Shown one piece after another: positions 63,995-64,000 of a DNA stretch of 64,000 nucleotides. The position numbers and the translations under genes are program-made. The notes under the pieces were generated by a model. It ran no database searches, had not been told where the DNA came from, and was given only the letters and a program-made list of their open reading frames with translations. Each line of letters starts with the position of its first letter. Position 1 is the stretch's first letter. The DNA comes from an uncultured Clostridia bacterium (lineage in GTDB: Bacteria; Bacillota; Clostridia; Christensenellales; UBA3700), in assembly GCA_947246685.1 (NCBI GenBank), contig CAMXSN010000001.1, positions 139,361 to 203,360 on the forward strand, given 5' to 3'.

Positions 63995-64000
63995 TTACAG

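Noticed and set aside
1-64000. I searched for CRISPR arrays, IS elements or transposases, integrases, prophage genes, toxin-antitoxin pairs, restriction-modification systems and other defence systems.
   Set aside because: There are no regularly spaced direct repeats and no ORF with recombinase, nuclease-helicase or defence-type motifs. The methyltransferases present are RNA or small-molecule types: Tam, RlmI/K-like and TrmH.

Overview
This is a 64-kb chromosomal core segment from a spore-forming, Clostridia-like Firmicute. GC content looks moderate by eye, and native genes use CG-rich codons. Gene order is Bacillus-type: polA-coaE, ytxC-thrS, infC-rpmI-rplT, secDF-recJ-rel-dtd, rpsO-pnp-ylxY-mlpA, ftsK-pgsA-rimO-cinA-recA-rny, and scpA-scpB-ytfI-ytfJ-dacB-rluB. 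I call 62 protein-coding genes and one tRNA-Leu(GAG). There is a Thr (ACC) T-box leader before thrS and an L20-type attenuator leader before infC. I also list several near-consensus sigma-A promoters and about 17 intrinsic terminators. I saw no CRISPR array, transposase, integrase, phage gene, toxin-antitoxin pair or recognisable defence gene. The window is mostly housekeeping, and I did not find a large, clearly novel multi-gene system. Five things are worth a second look. (1) An XRE-type HTH protein is fused to about 18 tandem hydrophobic five-residue units, each ending in Gly. (2) That gene lies in a 3-gene, AT-richer, codon-atypical islet directly downstream of tRNA-Leu. (3) A stand-alone Spo0A C-terminal effector domain, with no receiver domain, is paired with a polytopic membrane protein. 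(4) An uncharacterised PadR-DUF1700-DUF2807/DUF4097 membrane module is followed by a two-gene membrane pair. (5) There are smaller regulatory oddities: a probable ATA start for infC, a type-2 ileS with no T-box, a possibly leaderless Na/Pi transporter mRNA, and palindromes in two divergent promoter regions. Many very long antisense ORFs all sit in the codon-complementary frame. They are explained by avoidance of TTA/CTA/TCA codons and are not genes.
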